11,793 nt of DNA, taken from positions 1 to 11,793 of the forward strand of contig JBDRHP010000093.1 in the NCBI GenBank assembly GCA_043816785.1, given 5' to 3'. Below are positions 8,710 to 11,793 of the stretch, piece by piece. Position numbers and translations under genes: made by a program. The stretch is from Candidatus Margulisiibacteriota bacterium. Lineage in GTDB: Bacteria > Margulisbacteria > WOR-1 > O2-12-FULL-45-9. Position 1 is the first letter of the stretch. Each line of letters opens with the position of its first letter. The notes below the pieces were generated by a model. The model did not search any database and was not told the origin of the DNA. It saw nothing but the letters and a program-made list of their open reading frames with translations.

Positions 8710-8806
8710 AATCTCTAATTCCCTCACCCCTATAATCCCCTCTCCCAGAGGGAGAGGGGCCGTTAATTTATTAGTAACCAATTAATTACCCACTCGGGGT
8801 GAGGGC
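8710..8806. repeat. REP/MITE-like element, family C, copy 1 (murD-ftsW junction)
   Basis: Perfect 10-bp inverted repeats CCCTCACCCC (8721-8730) / GGGGTGAGGG (8796-8805) enclose the hairpin CCCCTCTCCC-aga-GGGAGAGGGG (8737-8759). Confidence 0.88.
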
Positions 8807-10114
8807 AATATTATTCACCGCCGCCTTAAACACCCGTCCCCTTTCTTCAAAATTGGCAAACATATCAAAGCTGGCGCAAGCCGGCGATAACAAGACAATG
8901 TCGCCAGAGGCAGCTAATGCCCTGGCCTGGCAAACTGCCGCTTCAAGCGAAGTCGCGTGATGAATTGATTCATAGCCAGCTTTTCTCAAGGCTTGCTCAA
9001 ACCTGGCGGTGGCTTCACCGATCAACACCACAGCCTTGACCTGCTCTTTGATCTTTTGGCTGAGCGCTTCCAGGCTAACGCCTTTATCCTTCCCGCCCAA
9101 AAGCAGAACAACGCCTCTGTTCTGGAAAGTTTCCAACGCGACCATGGTTGAGTCAGGGTTCGTTGCTTTGGAATCATTGTAAAACTCAATTCCGTCGACA
9201 TTCTTAACAAATTCGATCCGGTGTTCCACCCCGGAAAATGTTCGCAACACTTCGGCCACGGCAGGCTTGGACACTCCACAAAGATAAGCAATTTGGGCAG
9301 CTGCCAAAGCATTGGCTAAATTATGTTTGCCTGGGATTTTTATCTCTTGCGGCAGCAAGGTGATGATTTCAGGCTGATTAATTGAGAAGCCCACAGTTTT
9401 GGCTTGGGCTTTTTCCACCATTGTTACCACCGCTGGATCGTCCTGGTTAAACACCACATAATCATCACCTGACTGGCTTAGAAAGATTTTCGCCTTTTGA
9501 GCAATATACTCCTCCATGCTGCCATGACGCTCTAAATGATCTGGTTGAATGTTCAAAATAACGCTGATCCAGGGCTTAAAATTTACAACTGTTTCAAGCT
9601 GATAACTGCTGATCTCAGCCACAATATAATCGAGATTTGAATCATCAACCCCAACCAATGGTGAGCCGATATTCCCTGCCAAAGCTACCCTTTTCCCTCC
9701 AGCTTTCAGCAGTTCACCGATTAAAGTGGTCGTGGTAGTCTTACCATTGGTACCCGTTACTGCAATGATCGGTTTTTTTAGAAGTCCATAAGCCAGTTCA
9801 ATCTCGGAAATAATTGGAATCCCTCTCTGTTTTGCTTGCTCAAGAGGAGGAATATCAAGGTGGATCCCAGGACTTACAACGATCAATTCGGCTGAACTAA
9901 TAGCTTTAGCAGTATGGCCGCCTAATTCAACCTCAACCTTTAAGCCCGCCAACTCTTCAAGCACCCCAGGATCAACCTGAGCAGCAGGTCTGACCTCGGA
10001 AATAATTACTTTTGCCCCAAGTGAAGCCAGCTTTTTGGCAGCAGCCACCCCGCTTTTAGCCAGACCAAAGATTGTTACGTGTTTGTTTTTGAAATCTCTA
10101 ATACCCTCACCCAT
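8786..10114 (-). CDS. murD: UDP-N-acetylmuramoyl-L-alanine--D-glutamate ligase
   Basis: Motifs GLAKSG, VSPGI, TGTNGKTTT, EISSYQLE, DHLERH, NDSKATN and SPACASFD...RG. Confidence 0.97.
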   Translation of the reverse strand: MGEGIRDFKNKHVTIFGLAKSGVAAAKKLASLGAKVIISEVRPAAQVDPGVLEELAGLKVEVELGGHTAKAISSAELIVVSPGIHLDIPPLEQAKQRGIPIISEIELAYGLLKKPIIAVTGTNGKTTTTTLIGELLKAGGKRVALAGNIGSPLVGVDDSNLDYIVAEISSYQLETVVNFKPWISVILNIQPDHLERHGSMEEYIAQKAKIFLSQSGDDYVVFNQDDPAVVTMVEKAQAKTVGFSINQPEIITLLPQEIKIPGKHNLANALAAAQIAYLCGVSKPAVAEVLRTFSGVEHRIEFVKNVDGIEFYNDSKATNPDSTMVALETFQNRGVVLLLGGKDKGVSLEALSQKIKEQVKAVVLIGEATARFEQALRKAGYESIHHATSLEAAVCQARALAASGDIVLLSPACASFDMFANFEERGRVFKAAVNNIALTPSG

Positions 10115-10242
10115 CTACGATTTACACTCCCCCCTCTCCCAAAGGGATAGGGTTTCTCGAAAGCACTAATTGCCCCTCTCCCTCTGAGAGAGGGGCCGTT
10201 GGCCTATAAGCAATCAATTTATCAATCAATTGGGGTGAGGGC
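10093..10242. repeat. REP/MITE-like element, family C, copy 2 (mraY-murD junction)
   Basis: CCCTCACCC (10104-10112) / GGGGTGAGGG (10232-10241) enclose two hairpins: CCCCTCTCCC-aaa-GGGATAGGG (10131-10152) and GCCCCTCTC...GAGAGGGGC (10172-10196). 10093-10112 matches 8710-8729 at 19 of 20 bases, and GAGAGGGGCCGTT is shared. Confidence 0.88.
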
Positions 10243-11192
10243 TAAATTAACACCCCAACCACACCCAGAATAATCCCCACCACCCAAAACCCCACAACAA
10301 TCGATCTTTCCTTAAACCCCAGCAACTCAAAATGGTGGTGCAGCGGGGTCATTTTGAATATCCGCTTTTTCCACAACTTATAACTCGTGACCTGCAAAAT
10401 GACTGAAAGGGTTTCCGCCACAAAAATCCCCCCAATAACTATCAACCGCAGTTCCTGATGCATGATCAAAGCTAGCCCGGCCAAAGCCGCACCAATAGCC
10501 AAAGCGCCGACATCCCCCAAAAAGACTTGCGCTTTTGGAAAATTATAATATAAAAATCCCAGGATCACGCCGGACGCGATCAAAGAGAAAGTCAGAGCAT
10601 CGGGGAAAAACAGCTTGACGCTCAGAACAGCAAAAAACAAAAAGGCGATCCCGCCTGTCCCTACCAGCAAACCATTTAAGCCGTCAGTCAAATTTGTGGC
10701 ATTGGCTGTACCAACAACCATGAAGGTGGACAACAGAAAGAATAAAATAAGATTTGAAAACCCAAAAGCCTTCAACAGGCCGCCAAGTGTCTGGTGATGG
10801 CCAAGACTGACCAGAAACAACGAAAACAATCCCGCGATAACGATCTGGGCAACAATCTTTTGCCAAAAGGTCAAACCCAGGTTCTGTTTTCTAATAACCT
10901 TGATCAGGTCATCTATTAAACCGATAGTTGCGAATCCAGTAATTAAAATAATTAAAGCCAGATACTTTAAGTCAAATTCAAAATTAATAAAAACAAGAGT
11001 AAAAGCAATTATGGTCAAAACCAGGCCAATCCCTCCCAAGGTGGGCGTCCCAGCCTTGGCCTGATGAGTCACAGGCCCCTCTTGCCGAATGGACTGAGTC
11101 AAATGAAAGAATTTCAATATCCGGACAATGGGATAAGTTATTAAGAATGAAACTATTAGCGCTGAAAAAAACAACAAAACCTGGCTAATCAC
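10242..11192 (-). CDS. mraY: Phospho-N-acetylmuramoyl-pentapeptide transferase
   Basis: Polytopic membrane protein with H..KAGTPTLGG, IDD, NATNLTDGLNGL, FLGDVG, SVILQV and PLHHHFEL. GTG start. Confidence 0.96.
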   Translation of the reverse strand: MISQVLLFFSALIVSFLITYPIVRILKFFHLTQSIRQEGPVTHQAKAGTPTLGGIGLVLTIIAFTLVFINFEFDLKYLALIILITGFATIGLIDDLIKVIRKQNLGLTFWQKIVAQIVIAGLFSLFLVSLGHHQTLGGLLKAFGFSNLILFFLLSTFMVVGTANATNLTDGLNGLLVGTGGIAFLFFAVLSVKLFFPDALTFSLIASGVILGFLYYNFPKAQVFLGDVGALAIGAALAGLALIMHQELRLIVIGGIFVAETLSVILQVTSYKLWKKRIFKMTPLHHHFELLGFKERSIVVGFWVVGIILGVVGVLI

Positions 11193-11198
11193 CCAGAT

Positions 11199-11227
11199 AT
11201 TTTATCATTTTTTTGACTTATTCTCAA
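11199..11227 (-). promoter_or_regulatory. Putative sigma70 promoter with extended -10 for the mraY operon (probably leaderless)
   Basis: Minus strand reads TTGAGA (11227-11222), 17 nt ending TGa, TAAAAT (11204-11199), 6 nt, GTG (11192). No SD is present. Confidence 0.72.
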
Positions 11228-11245
11228 TAAAAAATGCATGGATGT

Positions 11246-11298
11246 AAAAAAGAAAGCCCCCCGAGCGAGGCGCGAAGCGCCGAGTCGAGGGGCTTTCT
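11246..11298 (-). terminator. Intrinsic terminator of the secreted-protein gene, with a REP-like family A copy in its loop
   Basis: 10-bp stem AGAAAGCCCC (11251-11260) / GGGGCTTTCT (11289-11298) followed on the minus strand by a T tract. It begins about 20 nt after the stop codon at 11318. Confidence 0.8.
11260..11291. repeat. REP-like palindromic element, family A, copy 2
   Basis: CCCGAGCGAG (11260-11269), inner stem GGCGC-gaa-GCGCC, then AGTCGAGGG (11283-11291). The arms are the same as in 575-614. Confidence 0.8.
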
Positions 11299-11317
11299 GT
11301 GAAACAGAAACAAAACA

Positions 11318-11770
11318 CTAATTCAAATCAACATAAACACCTAACCACACTCCGCGAGTCGAAGTAGTAGCTACTGATGCTCCAGCAGCTGTAGCATTAA
11401 CATATGGAGTAATACCAGTACTTAAACTGACGCCATTAGCAACTTCTGCTTCTACCCCCAATTTTAAGGCTAAGATAGTAGTTGCGACTACTGCGCCGTC
11501 GTTATTAAAGTCTACCCCAATTAAAGGAGTTGCAGCACCCCACTTCACTGGCAATAGATAATCAACTTCAACACCGTAACCAGTGAATGAAGCTCCAGCA
11601 ATGCTAGCATAATTCAAACCTACCTTGCCAACAACTTGATCTGTGAAATCATATGACAATGACAAGGAGTTCGCATCAGCTACGGTATCAACACCAATAG
11701 CCAGCTTAGCATGAGAAGCAACTCCGAGAACTAATACAAAAATAAACAATCCTGCTATAATTTTCTTCAT
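11318..11770 (-). CDS. Secreted hypothetical protein, probable small outer-membrane beta-barrel (150 aa)
   Basis: Sec signal peptide MKKIIAGLFIFVLVLGVASHA, then about eight segments with alternating hydrophobic/polar pattern (LSLSYDF, VGKVGLNY, YGVEVDYLL, LKLGVEAEV, VWLGVYVDL). Strong RBS and a downstream terminator. Confidence 0.65.
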   Translation of the reverse strand: MKKIIAGLFIFVLVLGVASHAKLAIGVDTVADANSLSLSYDFTDQVVGKVGLNYASIAGASFTGYGVEVDYLLPVKWGAATPLIGVDFNNDGAVVATTILALKLGVEAEVANGVSLSTGITPYVNATAAGASVATTSTRGVWLGVYVDLN

Positions 11771-11777
11771 TAAATTT

Positions 11778-11786
11778 CACCTCCTT
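11778..11786 (-). promoter_or_regulatory. Strong Shine-Dalgarno site (AAGGAGGTG) for the 150-aa protein
   Basis: Minus strand reads AAGGAGGTG-AAATTTA-ATG. Confidence 0.9.
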
Positions 11787-11793
11787 TTTTTTT

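Noticed and set aside
8731..8736. Perfect TATAAT on the plus strand inside the repeat (possible antisense promoter into murD)
   Set aside because: No -35 or extended -10 at the right spacing, and it is not conserved in the second copy.
8710..8781. 24-aa N-terminal extension of FtsW from the TTG at 8781 (contains PLPLGEG)
   Set aside because: It is translated repeat sequence with a weak start, and the ATG at 8709 gives a normal-length FtsW. Not fully excluded, since the TTG lies 4 nt after the murD stop.
10211..10231. Short duplication CAATCAATT in the repeat spacer
   Set aside because: Only two low-complexity copies, absent from the other element. Likely slippage or chance.
8710..10242. Composite transposon carrying murD, or a CRISPR-like array
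   Set aside because: murD sits in its canonical mraY-murD-ftsW position, there is no transposase or cas gene, and the repeats are not regularly spaced.
1193..10866. Numerous 60-148 aa alternative ORFs on either strand, including the LPAGRQG-containing ORF at 1193-1384
   Set aside because: All lie inside well-supported housekeeping genes and have no motifs. LPAGRQG is only the palindrome read in another frame.

Overview
An 11.8 kb bacterial core-genome segment with every real gene on the minus strand. In transcription order: a secreted probable outer-membrane beta-barrel protein (strong RBS, own terminator); a partial dcw cluster (mraY-murD-ftsW-murG-murC-murB) running without gaps into a split transketolase, a dCMP-type deaminase and pheA; a YtxH / DUF948-like / YtxH trio of small membrane proteins; and the 5' part of argS. 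The proteins are mostly housekeeping, and I see no transposase, CRISPR array or RNA gene. The unusual signal is at the DNA level. (1) Three unrelated families of short palindromic REP/MITE-like repeats occur here, and two have entered coding sequence: a perfect 20-bp palindrome adds 7 aa in frame to the PheA C-terminus, and a CCCTCACCCC/CCCCTCTCCC element flanks murD and encodes both of its termini. (2) Two near-consensus sigma70 promoters share the same geometry (-35, 17 nt, -10, 6 nt, start codon, no SD), which predicts leaderless mRNAs for mraY and the first YtxH gene. The host looks like a diderm, possibly an uncultured lineage; this is inference only.
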